A DNA stretch of 64,000 nt. Source: Bacteroidales bacterium (GTDB taxonomy: Bacteria; Bacteroidota; Bacteroidia; Bacteroidales; WCHB1-69). The notes under the pieces are model-generated. The model was not told where the DNA came from and ran no database searches. It was given only the letters and a program-made list of their open reading frames with translations. Position 1 is the first letter of the stretch. Every line of letters begins with the position of its first letter. This document shows, piece after piece, positions 17,674 to 25,743 of this stretch. The translations under genes and the position numbers were made by a program. Where the stretch lies: positions 2,808 through 66,807 of the forward strand of contig JBLJBB010000107.1 of the NCBI GenBank assembly GCA_047638115.1, read 5' to 3'.

Positions 17674-17887
17674 TTTAAAATTAATTAATTTTTATACTTC
17701 TAGGATTTTTCAAAATGTTTGTCTAAATATAAAAGTTTAAATTTTTTTATTAAATTATGACTAACATCAATTTTCCTTCATTTTTTTTCAATTAAATTTG
17801 TTTGTTATATTAGATAATTCGACTTCTTGTTTTTCGCACAAGAAATAGTTTATTTGGCAAAAATAGTACATTTTTTACATATACAAC

Positions 17888-18061
17888 AAAAAAATGTAAA
17901 CTTTTGTATATCATTTGTATTAATAGAGAGTTTCACCCGTGAACCCAATGTATTACACCCGTATTACAAACGTATTACTCAATTTCAATTTTATCAATCT
18001 CTTTCATTAACCGATCTGTTTCACATAGGGCGATGATGATTTTTTGGTAGTGAACGATGTC
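17888..18061. repeat. 174-bp direct duplication, copy 1 (flanks the IS)
   Basis: Appears identical base-for-base to 19740-19913. Contains a detached copy of the last 29 codons plus the downstream region of the RM gene. Confidence 0.9.
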
Positions 18062-19739
18062 CTGACTTCGACACTGGGACACCCTAAATGGATTTCCAGA
18101 AATTATCATCAAAAAGCATAGCAATTGATTTATGTCTTGCTGTTATTAGCATAGTTTTTGTGAGTGTTGTGTCACTAATTGGTAATTTTACTTTTATAGT
18201 AGTTATTGTTTTAGCAATATTCAATACTTTGTCTACACTTAGTGGTGTATTGTTTGATTTCAACACTCTCTCCAGCTCTTTATATATTTTGTAAGCAACA
18301 AAGCAAATGCAAACATGTGCTTCTATTCTTCGTGGTGTAAAGTGGAACATGGGTCGTATTTCAAGAGTCCCTTTTGTTATTCTGAACGCTTTTTCAACAA
18401 CCCATAAACCATTATATTGTTCATATACATCTTTAGCTGAAAGCAATGTATTCGTAATGTATCCTTTTAACCCATCCCATTTTGCATCTTCATGTATTCT
18501 TTCTTGATTGATTACTACTTTTACATTATCGGATATCTCCAAAAACTTATTGTACCCTCGTTTATTGATGTTCTCTTTCGTAATATTGCCCGTTTTATAT
18601 GCTTTTTGAAGTCGTTTTACACCTTTTTCTCTGTTGTACTTGTCTTTCCTTGCTCTGACAGAAGAATAGCTTACAATTAACCGAGAATCACCTTTTTTAA
18701 GTTCATGAAATTCATTATCATGCTTTGCTAAAGACAAAATATTCCTTTTTACTACTTCTGTCTCATTTTTTATTCTTGCTCCCACAATGTATTTGTATCC
18801 ACCCGATTGCAATAGAGATATATTTGATTTACTCATTAACCCGGAATCAGCAACAACCACAAAATCATCCAAATTAAACCTTTGAACAAAATCTTCAACA
18901 ATAGGAAGCATTGTTCTGCCCTCGTATTGAGAACCATTGAATAACGAGTATGAAAGAGGATAACCATCTCTACTAACCAACAAACCAAGAACAACCTGTG
19001 GTTGACTGTGTTTTCCATCTTTTGAAAACCCATTTTCTCTCAGGTCATCGCTATAATCGGATTCAAAATAGAGCGTAGTCACATCATAAAACATTAAACC
19101 AATTTTACCACCTAAAATCTTACGGGTATGTTCTACACTTATTTGTTGGATCTTTTCTTGTTGTGTGTTATAAAGTTTATCCAAATAACGATAAATCTTA
19201 TACAACTGAACATCTTCATCAAAATATGATTTTAAATAATCCACTGTAGCTGATTTACTCAATGGTTGGCCTAACCGAGCAATCACCAATTGACGTAAAA
19301 TATCATCCTCTATGGCATCAAATCCCGTGATTTTAAACACTTCATCTAAAATTAATTGTGTGCCATTTATAAGCACGTTTTCAATACTAGACAACAAATG
19401 CTCTGTAACTTGTTTCTCTTCCTCTTCTCTTGCTTTTTGTTTAAACATATCTGGAGTCCCACTTTGAACTTCAATCCATTGACGACCCTTTTTAATAAGG
19501 TCATCAACAAAAAGTTCATCTTTACTACTCCCAATAGTATGAACGACCTTATACTTGCCTTTACTTTTATCAATAATTTGAACACTGATAACTCCGCTGG
19601 GATTCTTTTTCTTTCTAATAAACATACCACAAAAATACATAATTTTATGCTGGGACACCCATTTCGGTGTCCCAGAAATTATATGATGTTGTCTATTAAC
19701 CAGTTACAAATTTGTGTTAAAAAAAGTGTCAAAGTCAGG
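18062..19739 (-). mobile_element. IS1634-family (IS4 superfamily) insertion sequence, apparently intact
   Basis: Terminal inverted repeats CCTGACTTCGACAC (left) and GTGTCAAAGTCAGG (right). Single transposase ORF. Flanked by a 174-bp direct repeat. End coordinates are accurate to +/-2 nt. Confidence 0.85.
18084..19625 (-). CDS. IS1634-family DDE transposase (ORF-track start 19658)
   Basis: N-terminus MFIRKKKNPSGVISVQIIDKSKGKYKVV.. is typical of IS1634-group transposases. DDE-type core with VVADSG and a YxxR..E-like block (WVVEKAFRITK). Confidence 0.85.
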   Translation of the reverse strand: MFIRKKKNPSGVISVQIIDKSKGKYKVVHTIGSSKDELFVDDLIKKGRQWIEVQSGTPDMFKQKAREEEEKQVTEHLLSSIENVLINGTQLILDEVFKITGFDAIEDDILRQLVIARLGQPLSKSATVDYLKSYFDEDVQLYKIYRYLDKLYNTQQEKIQQISVEHTRKILGGKIGLMFYDVTTLYFESDYSDDLRENGFSKDGKHSQPQVVLGLLVSRDGYPLSYSLFNGSQYEGRTMLPIVEDFVQRFNLDDFVVVADSGLMSKSNISLLQSGGYKYIVGARIKNETEVVKRNILSLAKHDNEFHELKKGDSRLIVSYSSVRARKDKYNREKGVKRLQKAYKTGNITKENINKRGYNKFLEISDNVKVVINQERIHEDAKWDGLKGYITNTLLSAKDVYEQYNGLWVVEKAFRITKGTLEIRPMFHFTPRRIEAHVCICFVAYKIYKELERVLKSNNTPLSVDKVLNIAKTITTIKVKLPISDTTLTKTMLITARHKSIAMLFDDNFWKSI

Positions 19740-19913
19740 AAAAAAATGTAAACTTTTGTATATCATTTGTATTAATAGAGAGTTTCACCCGTGAACCCAA
19801 TGTATTACACCCGTATTACAAACGTATTACTCAATTTCAATTTTATCAATCTCTTTCATTAACCGATCTGTTTCACATAGGGCGATGATGATTTTTTGGT
19901 AGTGAACGATGTC
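19740..19913. repeat. 174-bp direct duplication, copy 2 (contiguous with the RM gene)
   Basis: Appears identical to 17888-18061. Confidence 0.9.
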
Positions 19914-22900
19914 TTCAAAGTTGAGGGTTCTCCCTTTGCGGTCTTTGAGCCACTTTTGAGCGGGTTGGTAGCCGCCAATATAGAAGTTCCAAGCTACTTC
20001 CGGAACGTGATCAAAATATTGGTTTTCGTTGATGAATACTTTTCCGTTTTCGTATATGGGCTTGATCACTTCATGTGAGCCCTCAATGGGATATTGGATT
20101 TGTGTTTTGTTGAGTATAGGACTATCTAATAAATGGATCTGCCTGATCTCTCTCCCTAATTTTACTAATTTCCAAAATGTTTTTTGATCCTTTGGATAGG
20201 GAACTCTAGGAAAATCAATTTTTAAAAACTCTTTGTGTTTTTCTCGGTAAGTGGGTGAATGTAAAACCGCATAAATGTAATCTAATATACTCAAAGGAGA
20301 AAAGATCCCATCAACCCCTGCAGCTAAATCACAATCGATATTTTCATCTTCTAAAAAAGCATGATTTATCTTTTTTGCTATTAAATCAACTATTCCCAAA
20401 TTTAAATTGGGGACTCTCTCTAAATCCTGATTAATGGTGTTTTGAGCTTTATTTTCGGGGTAAAGATAAAGAGGGAAAGTATAAGTAGTTTCTTTAGTTT
20501 GTAAACTGACCGTACAAACTTCTGATAAATCTTTAGATATAAGTATGTGCTGAAAATCAAATGTGCTTTGTTGTCTACAACATAGTAAAGCGATATTCTC
20601 CTTTAACATATGTTGCATAACTTTTTGGGCTGGACGACTGACAATTTGTGGGTCGTAATAAATGGAACGAATATCAAATGGACGGTAGAGAATATTTTTA
20701 ATAAAGTCTGAATTGTATTTTTTCCCTTTAATTCTTTCTGTAATTTTAAAACTTCCAGAATCAACAACTCGGTACTTATCTATAAATGATTTTGGAATTT
20801 CCCCACCGAGCAAAGTTTTAAATCTATTTTCAATATCTGTTTTCCTTTCACCTATGAATAAAGAATCACGATCAGTTTTTACTCCGTTATTTTTATTAAT
20901 AAATAGTTCATTTAATGAAAACCAACTTTCATATTTTTTGTCACTTAATTGCTTTGGTACAAAAAAGTAATAAGGTTGTTCATAGAGAAGTTTTTTAAAT
21001 CCAATTTTTAGTAAATTATTATCTTTTAGTGTTGAATATTTGAATTCTCGATTACCATATAAGTCAAAATGAAAAACTTGGCCTAATTCATTTTTCTTTT
21101 TCTTATCTGTTTTTACAAAAATGTTTATTGAAACACCCTGTTGAATGTCAAATACATTTTCATCTTTGCCTCCATCTAATGTCGTTTCATTCTTTTTGGC
21201 ACTTCCATGTAAGTCGAGAATATAGATTTTATCAAAGCTTTCCAATAAACTTTTTCGCATTTGACGATGGGTAATTCCGTCAATAAAACTGTTGTTAGAA
21301 ATATACGCTAAAACACCACTTCCATTTTTATCAATAAAGTGTTGGCCATACCGAATGAATTTAATATAATCATCATCAAGATTTATTTTCTTTTCGTTTA
21401 AATTCTTTTTATAATCGATTATTAAATTTTGAATCCACTCACTTTTATTTGTGCTACTTACCGCATAAGGAGGATTTCCTATAATACACATAACAGGGGT
21501 ATCTCGTTTAATATGGTTGGCTTCGTCGGCTTCAGCACTTAACCAGTTGGCAAAAAGCGTGCCAGTGTCTTGGTGGTATTCCTCTAAACTATTGGTGAGA
21601 TAAACTTTAAAACGTTGATTTTTGGTGGCTTTAAATCCTGTTTCTTTTAGTAATAGATCCAATTTTAAATGTGCCATAGCATAACTGGCCATGAGGATCT
21701 CAAATCCATTTAATCGGGGTAGTAAATGGGTTTCTACATAGTTGCTCCAAATCCCTTGTTGTCCTTCAAATTTTTTGTAAATCAATTTGATCACTTCAGC
21801 TAAAAAAGTTCCTGTTCCAGTGGCAGGGTCTAGGATCTGAACCTTATGAACCTCTTGATCCACCATCTTCCCTTGAACATTTACTTTGATTTTCGTTTTG
21901 CTTGTATCTGCTAATCCGTTGGGTAAATCAAACTCTGTTTTTATAATTTCATCTACTGCCCTCGTGATAAAATTAACTACTGGAGCTGGAGTGTACCATA
22001 CCCCTCTCGCTTTTCTTAATTTTGGATCATATTCACTCAAAAAGTCTTCATAAAAATGGATAATAGGATCTTCCATTTTTGAATTCTTTCCATAGTTTTT
22101 TAACATCTCTTCAACGTTGCACGCCAAAAAGATATTGACTAGATCATCTACAATCCATTTAATCCGATCATCAACATCTAAACCCGCAATATACCCAAAC
22201 AGTTTTTTTAAAAACGGGTTTGATTTGGGGATCAGTTCATACGCTTCTTGTCTGTTGAAAGTGGTTAAAGTCGGATCATTGGTTCTTGCTGCAAACATAC
22301 CATAAGCAATCGTTTGCGCATACACATCAGCAAATCCTTTGGACGTGATATCATGGATCAAAATCTGTTTAAAAGCTTTCATTTGATCCTGTAAAGTGCT
22401 GTTTTCACTATTCTCTTCATCAGACAACAACGCTTTTTCAATCACCTCAGAAAGTAAACGCGCTTTCCCTGCCATCATTTGAGCCAATTTTTTTGAACTT
22501 TTGATAGTTTGTCCAATATAGAGGCAAAAATCTTTCATTAAAAATTCAAAACGTTCAAAATTTTCGGGGAATGGTTTGATCCCTTTTTCTGTAACTTCAC
22601 CAATGGTAATTTTCAAAAGGAACTCCCCATCTCTATATATATGAAAGTTCAGATAATCGGTAAAGATCAGATTACTCAAAGAATCCTTATAACGGTCAAA
22701 TTGCTCTTTATTTCCGGTTTTTTTAAGTCCATCAAGATCGGAATCCCCAATATCTTTCGCTTCAATAAAACCTATAGGAATATCTTTTTTAGTAAGGATA
22801 TAATCGGGTGCACCACAACTTTGTCTTTTGGGTTCATTAGTTGCTCTGATACCGGGAACAAGATCCTCAATCAGTTGCTGTAAGTAACCTCTATAGGAAT

Positions 22901-22964
22901 GTTCTGTAGCGTTTCCAAGTTTATAAGTTTTGTTAATATTCTCAATATATTGGGCTGTGGTCAT
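19827..22964 (-). CDS. single-polypeptide restriction-modification enzyme (type IIG/IIL-like: PD-(D/E)xK nuclease + gamma-class N6-adenine methyltransferase + C-terminal specificity region)
   Basis: N-terminal GAPDY...IGFIEAKD (PD..ExK), SAM motif I ILDPATGTGTFL and catalytic motif IV IIGNPPY. The C-terminus (..YIGGYQPAQKWLKDRKGR..) resembles the specificity domain of ISP/IIG enzymes. No helicase domain and no separate M or S gene. Confidence 0.8.
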   Translation of the reverse strand: MTTAQYIENINKTYKLGNATEHSYRGYLQQLIEDLVPGIRATNEPKRQSCGAPDYILTKKDIPIGFIEAKDIGDSDLDGLKKTGNKEQFDRYKDSLSNLIFTDYLNFHIYRDGEFLLKITIGEVTEKGIKPFPENFERFEFLMKDFCLYIGQTIKSSKKLAQMMAGKARLLSEVIEKALLSDEENSENSTLQDQMKAFKQILIHDITSKGFADVYAQTIAYGMFAARTNDPTLTTFNRQEAYELIPKSNPFLKKLFGYIAGLDVDDRIKWIVDDLVNIFLACNVEEMLKNYGKNSKMEDPIIHFYEDFLSEYDPKLRKARGVWYTPAPVVNFITRAVDEIIKTEFDLPNGLADTSKTKIKVNVQGKMVDQEVHKVQILDPATGTGTFLAEVIKLIYKKFEGQQGIWSNYVETHLLPRLNGFEILMASYAMAHLKLDLLLKETGFKATKNQRFKVYLTNSLEEYHQDTGTLFANWLSAEADEANHIKRDTPVMCIIGNPPYAVSSTNKSEWIQNLIIDYKKNLNEKKINLDDDYIKFIRYGQHFIDKNGSGVLAYISNNSFIDGITHRQMRKSLLESFDKIYILDLHGSAKKNETTLDGGKDENVFDIQQGVSINIFVKTDKKKKNELGQVFHFDLYGNREFKYSTLKDNNLLKIGFKKLLYEQPYYFFVPKQLSDKKYESWFSLNELFINKNNGVKTDRDSLFIGERKTDIENRFKTLLGGEIPKSFIDKYRVVDSGSFKITERIKGKKYNSDFIKNILYRPFDIRSIYYDPQIVSRPAQKVMQHMLKENIALLCCRQQSTFDFQHILISKDLSEVCTVSLQTKETTYTFPLYLYPENKAQNTINQDLERVPNLNLGIVDLIAKKINHAFLEDENIDCDLAAGVDGIFSPLSILDYIYAVLHSPTYREKHKEFLKIDFPRVPYPKDQKTFWKLVKLGREIRQIHLLDSPILNKTQIQYPIEGSHEVIKPIYENGKVFINENQYFDHVPEVAWNFYIGGYQPAQKWLKDRKGRTLNFEDIVHYQKIIIALCETDRLMKEIDKIEIE

Positions 22965-23041
22965 GATGTAAATTTTTCCTGTGATGGGTTGATTCGTTTA
23001 AAAAGCAAAGAAAAGCAAAAATAGTAAAATTTAGTGAGAAT

Positions 23042-23263
23042 TTGGAAATAAAAAAAAATCTGCATCTTTCACATGAGAGTTTACTAATGCAATTATGTGA
23101 TTTAATTATGGGAGCTATCTCTTCAGATTTAAATGAAAAAACTACTGTACCAGCTAAAAGACATATAATAGAAAAAATAAAGCAACATACTAATCAGGGT
23201 TTCGATAAAACAACTTATGAAAACAACCCTAAAATTGATATTTTTTGTATAGAATTGAGATAG
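23042..23263 (+). pseudogene. possible C-terminal fragment of a DUF3800-like gene
   Basis: 73 codons with a TTG start. The LMQLCDLIMGAIS block resembles the conserved (Q)LADLIAGAI block of DUF3800 proteins. The N-terminal two-thirds are missing. Confidence 0.3.
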
Positions 23264-23264
23264 T

Positions 23265-23771
23265 ATGCCAACAAATTTACTTATAAAGTACAATAATTTA
23301 TTAGAAATTGATTCTCTACAAGAAGATCAAAGGGAGAATTCATTATTTCGTGTTTTTTCCAGAGATATTATTGACAATCAATCTTTTAGTTTTCTGAGCA
23401 AAAAAATTCATCCAACTCCTCAGGAAGGAGAAAATAAGATGGAAATTTTATTTAGACATTTAACAACAAAAGTAATTGACCCTTATACAAAAAAGAGAGA
23501 ATTTGAAAGAGAAAGATCAATTAGACTCCACTGGATTAAAACTCACATTGATTGCTGCATTCCAGAAGGGATTTTAATTTTTTCAGTTGATGAACCAAAT
23601 GGAATAAAAACTTACATTTTCAATAAAAAAGAAAACTATATAATTGTTTTAGAACCTCTTAGAAAGTGTGCAGCTTATTATTTATTAACTGCATTTTACA
23701 TTGAAGGTAAAGATAAAGAAAGAGAAAAGTATTTAAAAAAATTTAAAAGGAGATTATCTGATATTTATTAA
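23265..23771 (+). CDS. hypothetical protein (168 aa)
   Basis: Starts 1 nt after the preceding stop. ERSIRLHWIKTHI...YIIVLEP...LLTAFYIEGK weakly recalls small phage/toxin-type nuclease folds. No firm motif. Confidence 0.45.
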   Translation: MPTNLLIKYNNLLEIDSLQEDQRENSLFRVFSRDIIDNQSFSFLSKKIHPTPQEGENKMEILFRHLTTKVIDPYTKKREFERERSIRLHWIKTHIDCCIPEGILIFSVDEPNGIKTYIFNKKENYIIVLEPLRKCAAYYLLTAFYIEGKDKEREKYLKKFKRRLSDIY

Positions 23772-24468
23772 ATGCAGAAGACGCAGAACATCGAGGGTTT
23801 TGCGTCTTCCGATTTCCTTCCTCCGAACGGCAGGATGAACTCGATGCAAAAGTACATAAATTTTCATATAAAAAATCAAAATTCAAAAAAAAAAATGTAT
23901 TATTAAATCAATTCTATTTATCTGATATTCAATTATTTTTGTTTATTATATTTGACTTTTTAAAATTAAACTATATTATAAACTCAATTATTTTAGAAAC
24001 ATATTCTATATAAATTGCACCAATCAGGGAATACAATATTTATTGCAAAAGGTAAATACAATCGTTTATTATGAATTTTTGAGGTCATAAAATAATTCCG
24101 CTCTTTATACATTTTACAACTTATTTCCACTAGTTTGGTGATAAAAATACAACTTTTTTCCACTTTCTATCTTTTTTATAACATTTAATCCCTTTTTGGT
24201 TATAAAAATTACAGGATTTCTCAATATTCATACATCATTATTCATTACTATTGCAACCTCTTCGAGGTAGTAGATTGTCGTTGTTGTTCATTTTCAGTAG
24301 GTGGTGCTTCGCATACCTCTTTCCGTAGGTAGCTTCGCTTACCTACGGTTACTATACTGGAACCTCTTCGAAGTACTTTGGACTATGGACAACAGACTAC
24401 AGACTTGCAATTCGCTATATATTAACTAATTTGCAAAACTATTCACTCTTCACTATTAACTATTCACT

Positions 24469-24673
24469 CAAAACCGCATGTTTTGCTGCATTAGGGCGGA
24501 GCCGGAAAGCCCGCAAAGCGGAACGGCGATGTGATGCAGGGAGTAAAAGAGCGACCAACGGAAGCTCCTTTTACGACCATGCAGTCACACGGCGGAACGG
24601 TGCGGACTTGCAGGCGGAGACCGACGGTTGTAGAGACGCACGACTGTGCGTCTCTACAACCGGAATGCCCAAA
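24469..24673 (-). repeat. GC-rich interspersed element, family A copy 1
   Basis: Plus-strand reading: hairpin CAAAAC-CGCAT-GTTTTG, then GCATTAGGGC...CCGGAATGCCCAAA. Contains a 16-bp hairpin GGTTGTAGAGACGCAC/GTGCGTCTCTACAACC. Spurious ORF 24431..24715 runs through it. Confidence 0.9.
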
Positions 24674-24731
24674 AGAATGAAAAATAAAAAAGATTTTTAC
24701 ACAATTGTAGTTTAATAGTAAATTATTTTAC

Positions 24732-24739
24732 TATTTTTG
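24732..24739 (+). promoter_or_regulatory. -7 box upstream of the ORF6N gene
   Basis: TATTTTTG followed by CAC, 45 nt upstream of the ATG at 24784. Confidence 0.45.
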
Positions 24740-24783
24740 CACTAATATTTTTGATCTCTTTTGAAACAATTCAATTAATACTA

Positions 24784-25671
24784 ATGACAACTAATAATCC
24801 TATATTGACTTCTAGAAGCATCAAAGACAGAATAATTACAATACGTGATGTTCAAGTGATATTAGATAGTGATTTATCAGAAATGTATCATGTTGAAACT
24901 AGGGTATTAAACCAAGCAGTGAATAGAAATATTGACCGTTTCCCACTTGATTTTATGTTTCAATTGACTCAATATGAATATGATACTTTCTTGAAATCAC
25001 AAATTGTGATTTCAAGTTCAAAACATGGCGGTAGAAGAAAACTTCCATTTGTTTTTACCGAACAAGGCGTTTCCATGCTAAGTTCTGTTTTGAGAAATAG
25101 TATTGCAATTAATGTAAGTATTGAAATTATTAGAGCATTTGTTGAAATGCGAAAATTTATGATTCAAAATGCAGCAGTTTTTCAACGAATTGAATCTGTT
25201 GAACAAAAACAATTACAAACAGACTTAAAGATTGATCATATTTTAAATGCTTTAGAAGACAAAAGAGTGACTCCAAAACAAGGAATCTATTTCAATGGAC
25301 AAATTTTTGATGCATGGTTATTTATCTCTGAACTTATTAAATCGGCTGAAAAATCATTAATTCTTATTGATAATTACATTGATGAATCCGTTTTGAATTT
25401 ACTAGCAAAAAGAAAGGAAAATGTATTTGTAAAAATTTATACTGCAAATTTAACATCTCAATTAAAAACAGATATCGAAAAATATAATAAACAATATGGA
25501 ACAATTGAGATTAAATGTTCCAAAAATGCACACGACCGTTTTTTGATTATTGATGACCATCTTGTTTATCATATTGGGGCTTCACTTAAAGATTTGGGAA
25601 AAAAATTATTTGGATTTTCAAAAATGGAAATAGATGTAAATTTGATAATTAATTCATTAACAAATAATTGA
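24784..25671 (+). CDS. ORF6N (KilA-N-related) domain protein with C-terminal PLD-like domain (ORF-track start 24751)
   Basis: The N-terminal block IRDVQVILDSDLSEMY..TRVLNQAVNRN..RFP.DFMFQLT is typical of ORF6N. The C-terminal part (SLILIDNY...HDRFLIIDD..YHIGASLKDLG) resembles a single HKD motif with Lys replaced by Arg. Confidence 0.75.
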   Translation: MTTNNPILTSRSIKDRIITIRDVQVILDSDLSEMYHVETRVLNQAVNRNIDRFPLDFMFQLTQYEYDTFLKSQIVISSSKHGGRRKLPFVFTEQGVSMLSSVLRNSIAINVSIEIIRAFVEMRKFMIQNAAVFQRIESVEQKQLQTDLKIDHILNALEDKRVTPKQGIYFNGQIFDAWLFISELIKSAEKSLILIDNYIDESVLNLLAKRKENVFVKIYTANLTSQLKTDIEKYNKQYGTIEIKCSKNAHDRFLIIDDHLVYHIGASLKDLGKKLFGFSKMEIDVNLIINSLTNN

Positions 25672-25743
25672 TTAGTCGAATTTTAATTTCCTTTCTTTGT
25701 TTCACAGTAGGCACGGGCGGCATCAATGGAGCCGGGAGCGTAA

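Noticed and set aside
17827-18036. 69-aa plus-strand ORF upstream of the IS.
   Set aside because: It lies entirely in the 174-bp duplication and the adjacent AT-rich DNA. The minus strand of this segment is a detached copy of the RM gene 3' end.
24431-24715. 94-aa ORF, with the analogous 60-aa ORF 34785..34967, encoding ..ALGRS.KARK.ERRCDAG.KRATNGSSFYDHAVTR.. across family A elements.
   Set aside because: The third copy (58978-59160) carries a 1-nt indel and hits a stop in the same frame. Substitutions between copies preserve hairpins rather than codons. The same reasoning rejects 12433..12717, 12523..12711, 12600..12830, 35185..35433 and 35382..35600; the last of these overlaps tRNA-Asp.
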